Of a stretch of DNA of 64,000 bases, positions 46,701-60,100 are shown one piece after another (the first letter of the stretch is position 1; every line of letters starts with the position of its first letter). The DNA is from Phoronis australis. Its lineage: Eukaryota > Animalia > Phoronida. Made by a program: the position numbers and the translations under genes. Location: the NCBI GenBank assembly GCA_002633005.1, contig NMRA01000002.1:450044-514043 (forward strand), written 5' to 3'. Under the pieces are notes generated by a model that worked only from the letters and a program-made list of their open reading frames with translations, was not told where the DNA came from and searched no databases.

Positions 46701-49700
46701 TTAATAAAGGCAACAGGTTAGCCAGCCCTTTCAAAATTTGACCACTTTAACACTTTTGAAAATAACGTGGTGACTCCAACTGATCTATGAAACTGTCGTA
46801 GAATTACACATAAAAGCTTAATAAGCATATTTCTTGATTTTACATTAACAAACAAATGGTAATGAAGTGTAGATTTAAACATTTTGTAATGACAAATAAG
46901 TAATCGCATGAAATTGACAAAGTCACAACAATAACTAGGACATAAATACGCCCAACTGGATATACAGTGAAACAGTTTTGCCTGCTGACACTGCATTAAA
47001 ACCTGGCTTCCGTTACACAGGTGTAAACGGGTCTTTACTATAGTCACTCATTATTTATTACTGAAAAATGATGTATGAACTAGCAGATGATCTTTCACCC
47101 ATGCAACAACATCCAGGGCAAAGAAACCTGATGACCATGAACACACATATCTGAACAAAACAGTCCCAGGCGGTCTGAAACCAGTCAGTTTCAGCATAGA
47201 TTATAGACAGCAGATTCGCAACTCCAACATGTTCTTGCATACTATCCTAGAGGAGGCGCCACTCTCCAAAATTATCTATTTCAGTTTCCGGTTAGTGTAT
47301 TATGATGACACAATAGCCAACCATGATTAGCAGACGGCATACTTGCCAGAAATAACACCAGATAATTTGGCCAGGTATCGCTACTGAATAACGACTTCAG
47401 CGCTTCTGTAAGAGCACAGATTTCGTCCATTGAAAGTATACAGAGTTGGCGGTCCATGTACTATATAGTCTATGGCTTCAGAGTTAAAGGATAAGGCCTT
47501 ACACTTAGGGTGCATATTGGCAACTAAGGATGCACTATTGCAGAAATTCATAATTTCATTTTTGTCAAACAATCTTTCAGGTTATGTTGAGCCCCAGAAA
47601 AATGTTCGTTCGACTTTGGCCAACAGGGGGACAACGTATCTCAAAAACAGCTAATTGGATTCACATGAAACCTTCAGATACCATGCTTTACTTACTATAC
47701 TAAAAAAAGTTGACATTGGGAATTGTTTTTTAAGTGCACCCTTTTTGCACAAAGGGCAACCAAAAATAGGGCTCATGAAAGGAGTCGTGGATTTAATTAA
47801 ATAACTACAATGATATGAACATAGCAAAAAGGTCTCTATGCCACAAGATCCAATAGTAGCCCTTTAATATGCACCTTCAAATGTTTGACACACAAATCAC
47901 AGTAAAACAGCTCATGTTCCCGTTTTAAGTGAGTTTGCAGTGCACGTAAGCCGGAAAACTTTTGTCGGTCGCACAACTGACACGTGTGTTGTAACAGGTC
48001 GTAGTAGGCGTCTTGTACACCGCCATCCTCAAAGTAGATCTTCTGCTTCCTGTTCACAGGGTAGTGGGATGTGTTTACCTTCCGGAACTCACACAGCTTT
48101 CTACAGTAGACCACCTACAACCAGAACAAGATTTAGTGAGGGCTGTTCCAGTAAAATCCGNNNNNNNNNNNNNNNNNNNNNNNNNNNNNNNNNNNNNNNN
48201 NNNNNNNNNNNNNNNNNNNNNNNNNNNNNNNNNNNNNNNNNNNNNNNNNNNNNNNNNNNNNNNNNNNNNNNNNNNNNNNNNNNNNNNNNNNNNNNNNNNN
48301 NNNNNNNNNNNNNNNNNNNNNNNNNNNNNNNNNNNNNNNNNNNNNNNNNNNNNNNNNNNNNNNNNNNNNNNNNNNNNNNNNNNNNNNNNNNNNNNNNNNN
48401 NNNNNNNNNNNNNNNNNNNNNNNNNNNNNNNNNNNNNNNNNNNNNNNNNNNNNNNNNNNNNNNNNNNNNNNNNNNNNNNNNNNNNNNNNNNNNNNNNNTG
48501 AGCTAATTCAGAAACCTAAGCATGTTTTATCATGCCAACAGACTAAAAAAGTAAGGCAAAAGCGTGAAATAGGTGTTAACTGAAAACCACTCCAATTTGG
48601 TGGGCAGATCACTGAAATCTGATTTTCAGTTTGAATTGCAAAGGAGCGATGTTTTTATTTTTGATCAGATAAGCAAACTGAAAAATGCTTCAAAATAATA
48701 AAAAAACGTGTTGAGATAAATTTAAAATATAATACCAATTTTTACCGTTATTCCCTAAGATGCCACGTTACACAGAAAAGGCGTCTCTATCGTAATAGTC
48801 CAGTTATGTAATGTTATAACATTGGCGAAGCATTTCTTTGGTGCCATATTTATCTTCAATCTATTAGAAAATGAAAAAATAACACATCACTTGTGTCCAT
48901 AGTTCTACATTGGTAAGACTACTATATTTACTGCTTCCAATTGACACCAGTTACAATACTTTTCAAAATACAAGAATCAATCTGTCGGTAGTATTGACAC
49001 TCCAAACAACATATACAAAATAAACAAGATTGTCTAGGTTCAAAATCGACAGTTTAATAGTAATTAAAACATTGTTGTTTCTGCTATAAAATCCTTTGTA
49101 TTTGTGCAGTGAGTGGTAAGCTCAGGCCCACGAAAATCCCATTTTCAAGACGGTCCAGACCATAAAATGGGCGTTGTAAATAACCGTTTTCCAAATCAAT
49201 GACATCGTCATGTGTAGCCAGCTAGCTAGCTGTATGAAGACTATCGTCAAAATACAGCTAGGTACCACTGCGTGTATTTCTTCTGTAGACCCCGAAATTG
49301 CACAGCCAGGATAATTCTGCTCATTACCTCGCCGTGAAACTTGTATCAACATGTAAACCTAAAGACCGGACGGGGTACATGCAAAATCTGGGAATCAACC
49401 GACACCTTGCCTGTTGCAGCCGTTTAAGTGAAAAATAATGCAATAAACGTCATTTTCTAATGTAACTCTTCGCCTTTTCTAACAATGAAAAGTATGTCAT
49501 GGTTTTGAAAACAGTACGCTCGTGTCACGCGCATGCGCCATTTCCTAATATTTTGCAAAAACTTCATAGCAGCAAAATTTGTTCTGAAATTCGGTTTTTC
49601 GGTATCGAAATTAAGAAAAACTTATGAAGTGAAACCTGTTCCAATAATTTGTTGTGTCGTGTACGCAAGCTCGTGAAAGAACAACAGTTGATTGAAGAGT

Positions 49701-50618
49701 CGGTAAAAAAAGAAACTGGCCAATAGGTGACGCATTATTTCATGGCGCCGAAAGCCGTCGCTAAAGATCGCTCCACAACTTTAGCAGCAGAGTAACAATA
49801 TAACGCCATTTTTTCCCAAACCGATAAATAATTTAGTTTACTCCAGGAAGACTGTAGTTTTTAATGACACTAACTTGTGTCAGATTTTACCTTACCACTT
49901 TTTTAAGCACATCGGTGCAAAGCTGTATATTTAGTATACAGCTTTGTACCAAGGCTACGTCATGTGATATGAAAAGTGGCAATGATCTGTGAATGTCGTC
50001 TTCATGCTGGTCCAAAGATGTATCCAGATACCCACTGCTTACTATACAATTTGCAACATACGCCTTTGTAAAAGATTTTGTACCAACATATTGTTCAGTC
50101 TTAGGGTTAGGGGGAGATTAAACGGATTATATTGCCAACTCATATGTAAGTTATTAGCTCAAGGATCAAGTGTAATCATAAAAAGGTTTCACAGATGGAT
50201 TTACCATCAAGTGTATCACAAAATTTGTGTTGACTGAGGCCTGGGCTGAGGAGGGGGAGATACAATTGTCTCAAACAAAGTTTACAGAACCCTCTCTCCC
50301 AGTCCCACAGATAGAGGAAAACGTATTTCTGAAGCGGAAGAACAGTCAGGAATTAACAACAATTCCCAGTAAAATACCCGATAGTGTAACTACAAATAAG
50401 CCCGACTGATTGAGGTAAATCACACCTTTATCCTCGATACAAACCTTCGGTAAATCTGCCCGGCAGATAGGGCAGTATGTGTGGTTACACAACACGCGCA
50501 TTCGCGTGGCACATTTATAACAGATCGGATGGTCACATTTTCCAATTGAAAAATATACTATGTTTTCACTGCAGACATCACATAGCATTTCCTCGTCATC
50601 CTCTAATGGTGGAGGCAT
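40731..50618 (-). CDS. ZNF598: E3 ubiquitin ligase ZNF598/Hel2, ribosome-collision sensor (1029 aa, 6 coding exons)
   Basis: Exons 50445-50618, 47875-48114, 46220-46431, 44795-45012, 43193-43289 and 40731-42879 have consistent phases, totalling 3090 nt. Domains: N-terminal RING (CDVC...CDHPICYKCATRMRVL...CPICR), C2H2 fingers (HKGHPLCEFCDERY, HLRKDHFYCHFC, HFREEHFLC), an RG-rich stretch, DFPxL repeats, PPG[LM] motifs, and a C-terminal CPTC..H..H finger. Confidence 0.93.
48140..48498. mobile_element. PIF/Harbinger-type MITE mostly hidden in an assembly gap (N 48161-48498)
   Basis: TGA|GGGCTGTTCCAGTAAAATCCG-[338 N]|TGA: the same 3-bp TGA lies on both sides. Confidence 0.6.
49215..49558 (+). repeat. 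~350-bp dispersed repeat, copy 2 (ZNF598 intron 1)
   Basis: Collinear with 25692-26046. Confidence 0.8.
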
Positions 50619-51140
50619 TTTCACTGCGTCTTGCCAATGTCTCCCCAGCTAACCTGCTTAGTATTCTGAGAAAAGCGCTGCTTTCCTCAATGAAAATCAT
50701 AAAGATAGCCCGGATGTTACGGCGCGTGGTGAAATCTTCGTGACGTCACGATCAGGCAAGGTGTATATAAATATTTATATGGCAATATCATTGGTAAATA
50801 ATTGCAGCAGAATCATTCAGTAAGTCGATATATCCCCCAAAATAGCTCACAGAACTTTCACCATGAGTCACAAAAGCTGTTTGCACATTATAACGCAAAC
50901 CCGGAAGTGACTTAACAGTCACGTTTATAAACAGGGCAAATACAATGGATGGAAACTAATATTTCATATACATTGTCCCAGTTAATCATCCTATAAAGAA
51001 TTAGTATGGTTAAAATTACCAAAAACCATTATTTAAACGTGACTGTACGTGCTAGCAAGCTTTTTAAAATTTTATAATTGAAAAACTATAAATTTGTAGT
51101 TAACTATCAACTTTCAGAACCTGCGTCGTGTACAACAAAA
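50619..51140. promoter_or_regulatory. Putative bidirectional promoter ZNF598/SYNGR
   Basis: 522 bp separate the divergent ATGs. Motifs: a perfect CRE TGACGTCA inside a 14-bp palindrome (50738-50751) and an ETS/GABP site CCGGAAGTG (50901-50909). A SYNGR 5'UTR intron is possible (gtaagt at 50820, ctttcag ending at 51117). Confidence 0.6.
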
Positions 51141-54100
51141 ATGGAAGGAGGTGCATACGGTGCGGGCAAGGCTGGGGCTCCTTTTGACCCTATTGTCTTC
51201 ATTAAAAAACCCCAAGTCATTGTTAGAATTGTTAGCTGGGTAAGTCATGAGTTGTATCACGACGACACTGCCTATTCTGAGTTTCTTTTGCTGCTGGCAA
51301 ACCATGCAATAATGTTATCATTCCCAATCTTCCAGTTTCTTACTGCTGACATGGCCGTTCTGTATTTGCTTTTCATTTTGAATTTGAACTTTGTAAGTGT
51401 TGTTGCCTGTCGAGACTTAAGAACATGCGTTATAGGTTGATAACTCTGTAATCAATACAGACTCCCAAACGTAGGGTTGGGGTGATCTCCGTTCTCACTT
51501 CTTAACTCATTTCAATAATACATCAGAATCGGTTGATTTTTCATTGGCTTTACTACCTCAGCACCCGCTAGCATCATTTCAATTTTCCCAAGGTATTCCC
51601 ACGGGAATTCATTTCAGTCTTTCACAACATACCTTTTGTGTGCGCCATAAGTATAGAAGGGAGTACTGCATACAGCATAGGCATAGCCACATACTCAGTC
51701 ATAGGATGGATGTGCTGGAAGTCTGGCAATGTTCGCAATCTTTCCACTACATGGCATGCTTGTCGATTACTGTGATTAGCTGTTGTTTGACCTTTAATTA
51801 GGGTCATTCATTGTCTGACCCCAGTTCAAGTTCAAGCCACTAGGTGACATGCATGATTACCTGCTGCTTGACCTTCAGCCACGGTCAGACAATTGTGGTG
51901 AATCTGCAGTGTGTGTGTGTGTGTAGTAATATGAAGGCCTCTCTTAATCAGTCGCCTACGGGCAATTGCACTTTGGGTGGCTGGTAAGGAGACCTGGCAT
52001 TGAAGCAAGAGGTACCAGGTTCGAATCTCGGAGTAGGTGATTTTTCACTACACAATGAATGACTCCGATCGAAGATTAAGCAGCAGCCAGTAACAGCAAT
52101 CAACGTGCTTGTCACATAGTAACGCATCTATGTAGCTATGAAATTTACATACACAATAGTTCATTCTGCTAAACTAGGTATGTTCTATAAGCTTGAAATA
52201 AACTTCCATAAGTATTCCTTGCGTGTACAGATGATATTTAGAAAATTGATTGGTGGATGATGATGAAACTTGGTACATTGGCTTGCACTGTAAGTTTTCA
52301 ACTTAGTACTAACATCCCGCAAAGACCACTTAAGTATTTCACAAGATATTTCTTGTCATCACCGTTTTGGAGTCTTAGAAACCTATTAATGGATTTGGTG
52401 AAACTGTCTTAGAGGCATTATGACAGGGACGCACCTGGTTTATTTTTTGTCCAAAATTGGTGACATTGTGAGTCAAGCTACAAGTTTTTTGTTGGTTTAT
52501 TGTAGATTAATCAGCAAGGTATTTTATGGTCATAATAATATTGGTCAACCTAATCCAATACAAATGCTTCAGCTTTCAGTAGAAACGAGCAATTTCAGGC
52601 GAAGGTCATTGATTTCTTTTCAAGGTGATATTGACCAGATGTGTCAACAATGTTTGTCCACCTCACCATACATTGGTTACCTTGGAAAATAGACTCAATG
52701 CTTCATTAATCCTTAAACACTGTCGCCTGTCGGGCATTGTTCACAGTTTAAAGCTTTGCCGTTTAAATTGGCGATTTTGACACAAAATTTTTACTATTTA
52801 AAAATACTGACAATTGTGATCATTATTTTTTAAAAAATGTACCGGTAGCGAATTGGGATCAATTCTTGGATGCAAATATTGTTGTAACACAGAAACATGT
52901 ACTTGTCAGTGTGAGTTACTGGTCATGCAAGATTTTCAGATGAGTTCACCCTGTTTATAGAAATTGTGGTGTGGTGTTTGTGCGCTAAGGCATCATGACA
53001 GAGTTGCTCTTGGACTAGTAAATTTTCAGGCACACTCAACTACCGAAGCACCCCCTATTGACTCTTAGATTTCTGTTAATTGTTTTGCACTGCTTGTTGA
53101 ATTATTGTGAAAATCACTGAACAGGTTTTAACATAATTCAGGTCCAGGGATATGTTAGAAATGGGCCTATAAGTCCTTTGTCGGATGGATTTGGCTTTTT
53201 TAGCTGCTCCTACTTTATGATAATGCACACTTAGTTGTTGGTTGATGGTTCTTGATTAAATTTGTCACAGGAGTATATGACTGGGGTGGATTTCTGACCG
53301 ACTTTTACCCTGGGATCTTTTACTGGTAGTTTTAGTTGTAGAAACCAAAGATGTTCCTCATTGATGGTATGTAGAGAATCCATTGGTTGATCTGAATTAA
53401 TCTTAACTTAGAGATTTTGTTAAGTGTCGGCTCTCAGACTGGGTCTAATTTATTTTCAGAATGTCCGATTTGTATTCTGTACTTAAGTCCAAACATTTGC
53501 CTGTAACATTGTTAGAAGCTCTTGAAGAATGAAAAAAGAGCAATTTGGCCGTTATTTTTATCCTGAATTGGTGAGGTTTCTCCGTACCACTTTTGAACCG
53601 ATTCCAAGTTTTGTGCTGCCGTAGTGTCTCTGTGCAGACTACTGGTAGTTGTTCATCTGGAAAATATTGAAAATTATTCATTTCTTGATTTGATGTTAGT
53701 TTAACAAAGGGAGGGGCTGACACTTTTTTACTTATTTCTGTTTTGGTCAGGGGTCCATCCAAGATTTCAAAAAGAGGATGTCGAAAATTAGTTGTATATG
53801 TAATTTCTCACTGTTTTGTATGACCAATAATGCCAGACAGCATTTTTATGACTCCAAGTCAAATTCGCTGTTTTTGTGTAGGTTACTATAGAGACATGGG
53901 ACTGCGATAAAGTCTACATGATATCATCCAATGAGCTCCCACAGCTTTCTTGCTTGCTGAGCAGGGCTTCTTAGCTAAGGTGTCAAAATTCAAACGAGGG
54001 TGTTTGGGTGTTTGTTTGGATACCCCCTATATGAAGGCCTGGTTGTGGTCTAATGTTGGGTGCACAGTGGAGGCCCGACAATGGTTTGCATTGCACTTAA

Positions 54101-57100
54101 CTAAGAGACTTATCCAATCCTGTATTGAAGCCTTGAATTGTAGCTTTTGTTCATTTCCCTAGGGTATTTTTGAACCTCTAGCCAAGTTTCACCACATTCT
54201 GGGTAAATGAACTGTCTTCATAAATTGGTCATTTTCTTGTTATATGGCTGAAAACTCATATTTGAGAATTGGGATTACTATTGGAAGAAATTGACTTCTT
54301 GAGGTCATTACTGTTGACTGTAGAAAACAACACAATCCGTTTTGCTTTTGTAATTGAATTGCAAGTCGCCTATTTCTCGGTTTTGTCTGCCAGACATTTT
54401 GCTGAAATCAAGGCCGATGACTTTACCAGATAAATGTGCAATACTCTGCCATTTATTGAGTGAGATTCAACTCAGCCAGCATAGCATTGCACTGCCACCA
54501 CAGGACTTGCAGGTTCGATTCCAGGCTGTGGCTTATCTCAGAAAATCAGTTTTCTGGTCGATAATTTCTATTTAAAGTGAGCGGTTTCAGAAATTCTAAT
54601 TTGCTGATGCTAGGATCCAGTGGTTAAAATGCAATAAACTTAGTGAAGACTATTCGACAATAATCAATAAAACTCACCGTTTCTGTTTAATAAAAATATC
54701 GTCACAGTTTCGTTGCTGACTCATCAGCTTCAGATCGACTGCTCTTATTTACCGACGTGGCCAGATTTGAGCAGCGGTGCTCAAACCTTTAAGCTATGCT
54801 GTGCCCTCTGCTACTTTGAATCATAGAAGAATATTTGTAGAAAAGTTATATTAGACAATAATTTTCTTACTACCATGAGGCCGACAAAGTGACAAATTTG
54901 CTTACAGCAATGTACTCGCATGCCTTCAAAAATGTTCCCTTAGGTGTCACTGTCAACCACTGCAAAGTGGTAGTATGAATACAGCCAAATGGTGTCATGG
55001 GCCACTAGACATGTTTTACCTTTTGGCGTTGCTTTGCAGAAATGTCCCGTTAGTTATGCACTGTATTCAACCGTTTCTACATTATGCAATTAGGAAGTCA
55101 AAAATATGTCCCTAAAATTATCGTCAATGAGTCGTTAGTGATTCTATAACTTGACATCGGGTAATTAAATCCTTAGCATGTGGGTATTTTAATATACCTT
55201 TTACACACACGATGGTCTTTTTAAGGTGATTTGTTTACTTCACCGTTTGTGTCAATAACGAATGTATCATCATTGTTTTTATCTATTGTATGAAAGAGTT
55301 CAGTTACATGGGTCAAGAACAACAAATATCCACGATGTTGTCTGTATTGGTATAGCTATGGCTGTTCAACTAGAACTTTGTTTTAGTGGCTAAAAAACAG
55401 CTGGCTAGAATACCTGATGCGTGACAATCATTTGTCCTGCACAGTGTTGCCAGTAGCTTATTAGGAACTAACTAGGTTAAAACTGTGAAGGCTTTGTTGG
55501 ACTGGATTAAATTCTTTGGTACATACCACTCCTAAATGAGTATACCGTAGTTGCAATTTCTTGAGCGGAACCAATTACCAACCCACAATGCAATTGTACA
55601 TAATCCAGGTCTGGCACACCTAGCATATAATGCCTGTATGATGTCACTACCATTAGTACCTAGTGCAGTTAAGCTACAAGTTTGTTGTTGGTAGATCAAT
55701 TAGCGAGGTATTTACTCCACTATAATATTGGTCAATCTTATCCAATACTAGTGTTTCAGCTTTCAGTAGAAACCAGTGAGTTTCTGGCACACAGATCATT
55801 GATTTCTTTTCAAGTTTTTATTGACCAGATGTGTCGACAGGGTTTGTCCACCACACAACACAAAGGTTACCTAGGAAAAATAGAGTCAAGGCTTCATTAA
55901 TCCTGACACTGCTGGGCATTGTGTAGGGTTTAAAATATAATTGTCAGCGCCTCCATTGAATAACGGTTCAAACTGGTTCTCAAAATACGGGCACGTTATA
56001 TCCAACTATTGGCAAATTTGTTAGAAACAAATTACAATTGAAAATTACTGGCAGCTGTGATGATTATTCAACAAACACATTTAATTTTAATCCATTTTTG
56101 GATGCAAAGTGGTTTATCATTTGATTCTTGTGACGCAGAAACATGTATTTTTCAGTTTCAGTTTCTGGTCATTAACGGCTGGCAAATGAGATCACCCATT
56201 TGTAGAAATTGTGTTGACTGGGATGGTGATTTTAGCCATTATGAGTATATCTCATCTAGTTTATGAGGGTGCTTTGTCTTGCCAAACATTTATTTGCATT
56301 CTAGAATGGACATTACCAGTATTCGTGTCATTTTTCTCTCACAGTATCTCTTCCACTCATTGAGCAGTAGGCATTATTAACAATCAGAAGTTAATCCAGT
56401 ATTTCAAAAAATATGGTGTCCAAAATGGGTTTCCCAATTTGTCTGTGTGTCAGTTATCAAGGATACGTGGCTATGTTTTAATGGCCTCAAGTCAAGTTTA
56501 CTGTGGAGATATGGGTCTGCAATGAAGTCTTGCATCATATTTGAACTAAGTTTTTTACATGAATTGGCCAATGAACTCCTAGGGATGGTGCTAACAAGTT
56601 CAAACAAACCATTGCTTGTTTGCCTATTTTACTTGGGGATCCAAATGGTGAAGAGGGCATCCTAGCTCCTGTATCAAAATTAGAGTCTGTGTCTGCTAGT
56701 TGAAGGCCTGCTGAGGTGTGGAGTGACCTGACATGCCTGAATAATTCTATCAATAAAATTTTTGTTCCATTTGCAAGGGGCTGTCAGTGCTACTGACCTG
56801 ATCTGTCAGCAGTGTGTTGTTTTTGTACCACTCATATGGTAATTAGTTATTGATCAACTCTAATGGTCTGTCCTTATCTACCCCGATCCTAAGTGTTATA
56901 TTTGCCAAAGCACCGTAGCCATTAAAATTGTGCATTTCACACACTGTATCCATTCAGTTTAACGTGCCGTCCACACGCAGACTTGAGTTACTCCTGGAAC
57001 ACAAGTTGCCGCATGGTTTGGGGGATGTCTGGACGCTATTTTAACTAGTGCAACTTACCCCACTTGTGACAACAGAACTTACTCCACCTTATCGAGGTAG

Positions 57101-60100
57101 GGTAACATGTCCTAGGGTGACTTGCGCCACTTGTTGTGTGGCCACAAACCTGGGGCAAGGCGGTTACATGTATACGGGTCTTCTTTTTTTGCACTGTATT
57201 CGCATCAACTGTTCATTATCATGCGCAGAACGACGACTGCCTTGCCTATTTATCATGTATGTGTGTGGACGCTCCGCTTAACTAGGGACAAGTTGCAATA
57301 GTGCAAGTTGTTCTAGGGTACATTTGTGTGTGGACCGGACATAACATGCACAGTCCGGTAAAAACTCCCTCCTAAATTTTAAATAAATTTATTATTTAAT
57401 GCCAGTTTTGTTAAAGTTTCATCGAAGTTGTTGTAAACGTGAGTGTTTGAATTTTCAAGTGTGAAGATTGATACCTCTAAATGGATGTACATTTCTGTGT
57501 TAACCAAACAGGACCAAATCTTTGCTCTTGCCATATGAGGTTAAGCAGATAAAAAATTTTTACTTTGGGACAAAAGTAATTGCTAGATTGCCGTATATCT
57601 ATTTTTAAGAGGCTCCCCACAGTGTTGCAAATGCTCAGAATTTTACCAAATACCATGTGGTATAAGCTGCACCATACAAACTATGGTAAAAGCGAGGTGA
57701 ATTTAATGAAAAGTCATTTTTGTTGTGAAATTTGGCAAAATGAAATTTCCCCTGTGTGCCACATTGTGTGCAAAACTGAAGANCAGTGCCTCCACTGAAT
57801 AACGGTTCAAACTGGTTCTCAAAATACGGGCACGTTTTATCCAACTATTGGCAAATTTGTTAGAAACAAATTACAATTGAAAATTACAGGCAGCTGTGAT
57901 TATTATTCAACAAACACATTTAATTTTAATCCATTTTTGGATGCAAAGTGGTTTATCATTTGATTCTTGTGACTCAGAAATATGTATTTTTCAGTTTCAG
58001 TTTCTAGTCATTAACAGCTGGCAAATGAGATCACCCATTTGTAGAAATTGTGGTGTTGAATGGGAGGGTGATTTTAGCCATTATGAGTATATCTCATCTA
58101 GTTTATGAGGGTGCTTTGTCTTGCCAAACATTTATTTGCATTCTACAATGGACATTACCAGTTTGCGAGTCATTTTTCTCTCACAGTATCTCTTCCACTC
58201 ATTGAGCAGTAGGCATTATTGATAATCAGAGGTTAATCCAGTATTTCAAAAAAATATGGTGTCCAAAATGGGTTTCCCAATTTGTCTGTGTGTCAGTTAT
58301 CAAGGATACGTGGCTGTGTTTTAATGGCCTCAAGTCAAGTTTACTGTGGAGATATATGGGTCTGCAATGAAGTCTTGCATCATATCTGAACTAAGTTTTT
58401 TTACATGAATTGGCCAATGAGCTCCCAGGGATGGTGCTAACAAGTTCAGACAAACCATTGCTTGTTTGCCTATTTTACTTAGGGATCCAAATGCTGAAGA
58501 GGGCATCCTAGCTCCTGTATAAAAATTAGAGTCTGTGTCTGCTAGTTGAAGGCCTGCTGACGTGTGGAGTGACCTGACATGCCTGAATAATTCTATCAAT
58601 GAAATTTTTGTACCATTTGCAAGGGGCTCTCAGTGCTACTGACCTGATCTGTCAGCAGCGTGTTGTTTTTGTACCACTCATATGGTAATTAGTTATTGAT
58701 CAACTCTAAGGGTCTGTCCTTATGTACCCCTATCCCAAGTGTTATATTTGCCAAAGCACCGTAGCCATTAAAATTGTGCATTTCACACACTGTATCCATT
58801 CAGTTTAACGTGCCGTCCACACGCAGACTTGAGTTACTCCTGGAACGCAAGTTGTCGCATGGTTTGGGGCTGTCTGGACGCTATTTTAACTAGTGCAACT
58901 TACCCACTTGTGACAACTTACTCCACCTTATCGAGGTAGGGTAACATGTCCTAGGGTGACTTGTGCCACTTGTTGTGTGGCCACAAACCTGGGGCAAGGT
59001 GGAAGTACGGAATTATCAGCAGCGGTTACATATATACTGGGTCTTCTTTTTTGCACTGTATTAGCATCAACTGTTCACTATCATGCGCAGAACGACGACT
59101 GCCTTGCCTATTTATCAGGTATGTGTGTGGACGCTCCGCTTAACTAGGGACAAGTTGCAATAGTGCAAGTTGTTCTAGGGTACATTTGTGTGTGGACCGG
59201 ACATAACATGCACAGTCCGGTAAAAACTCCCTCCTAAATTTTAAATAAATTTATTATTTAATGCCAGTTTTGTTAAAGTTTCATCGAAGTTGTTGTAAAC
59301 GTGAGTGTTTGAATTTTCAAGTGTGAAGATTGATACCTCTAAATGGATGTACATTTCTGTGTTAACCAAACAGGACCAAATCTTTGCTCTTGCCATATGA
59401 GGTTAAGCAGATAAAAAATTTTTACTTTGGGACAAAAGTAATTGCTAGATTGCCGTATATCTATTTTTAAGAGGCTCCCCACAGTGTTGCAAATGCTCAG
59501 AATTTTACCAAATACCATGTGGTATAAGCTGCACCATACAAACTATGGTAAAAGCGAGGTGAATTTAATGAAAAGTCATTTTTGTTGTGAAATTTGGCAA
59601 AATGAAATTTCCCCTGTGTGCCACATTGTGTGCAAAACTGAAGAATTTTTACATTCTGTAGCTGGTAACCATTTACGTAGTGTCAAAGAAGAGGCCATTG
59701 ATACGTAACTTTCAAGTTATGGGTTGAGTTTTTTCAAAGGTTTCTAACGTATATTGTTGCGGGCGCCCATAATTTCTCGAAACATTTTCTTGTGGTAGTT
59801 ATTGTTTTGAGCTCAAAAGCAATAAAGGGTTTAGTTGTTGCTACTTCATAGTTTATGAAAAGCAGAAAACAGCTGCAGTTGTCAACAACATTGTGCCCCA
59901 ACTGGTGGGGATTTTGCCATAGTTGTCTTATGCATTTGTGTAGTTCACTTCGCCCGGTGTTAGCTCTTTGAATTATTCATGCATTGAGTAATGCGATAAA
60001 TTGATCTTGCACAATCTATTTGTTGCCACCTAATGTTATTGCGATTAAATCATGACAGAGAAACCATCCACTCAGCATTGAGACATGGTGGATCCCGTAC

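Noticed and set aside
47940-48506. 188-aa and 162-aa plus-strand ORFs
   Set aside because: They are mostly N-gap translated as X and lie antisense to ZNF598 exon 2.
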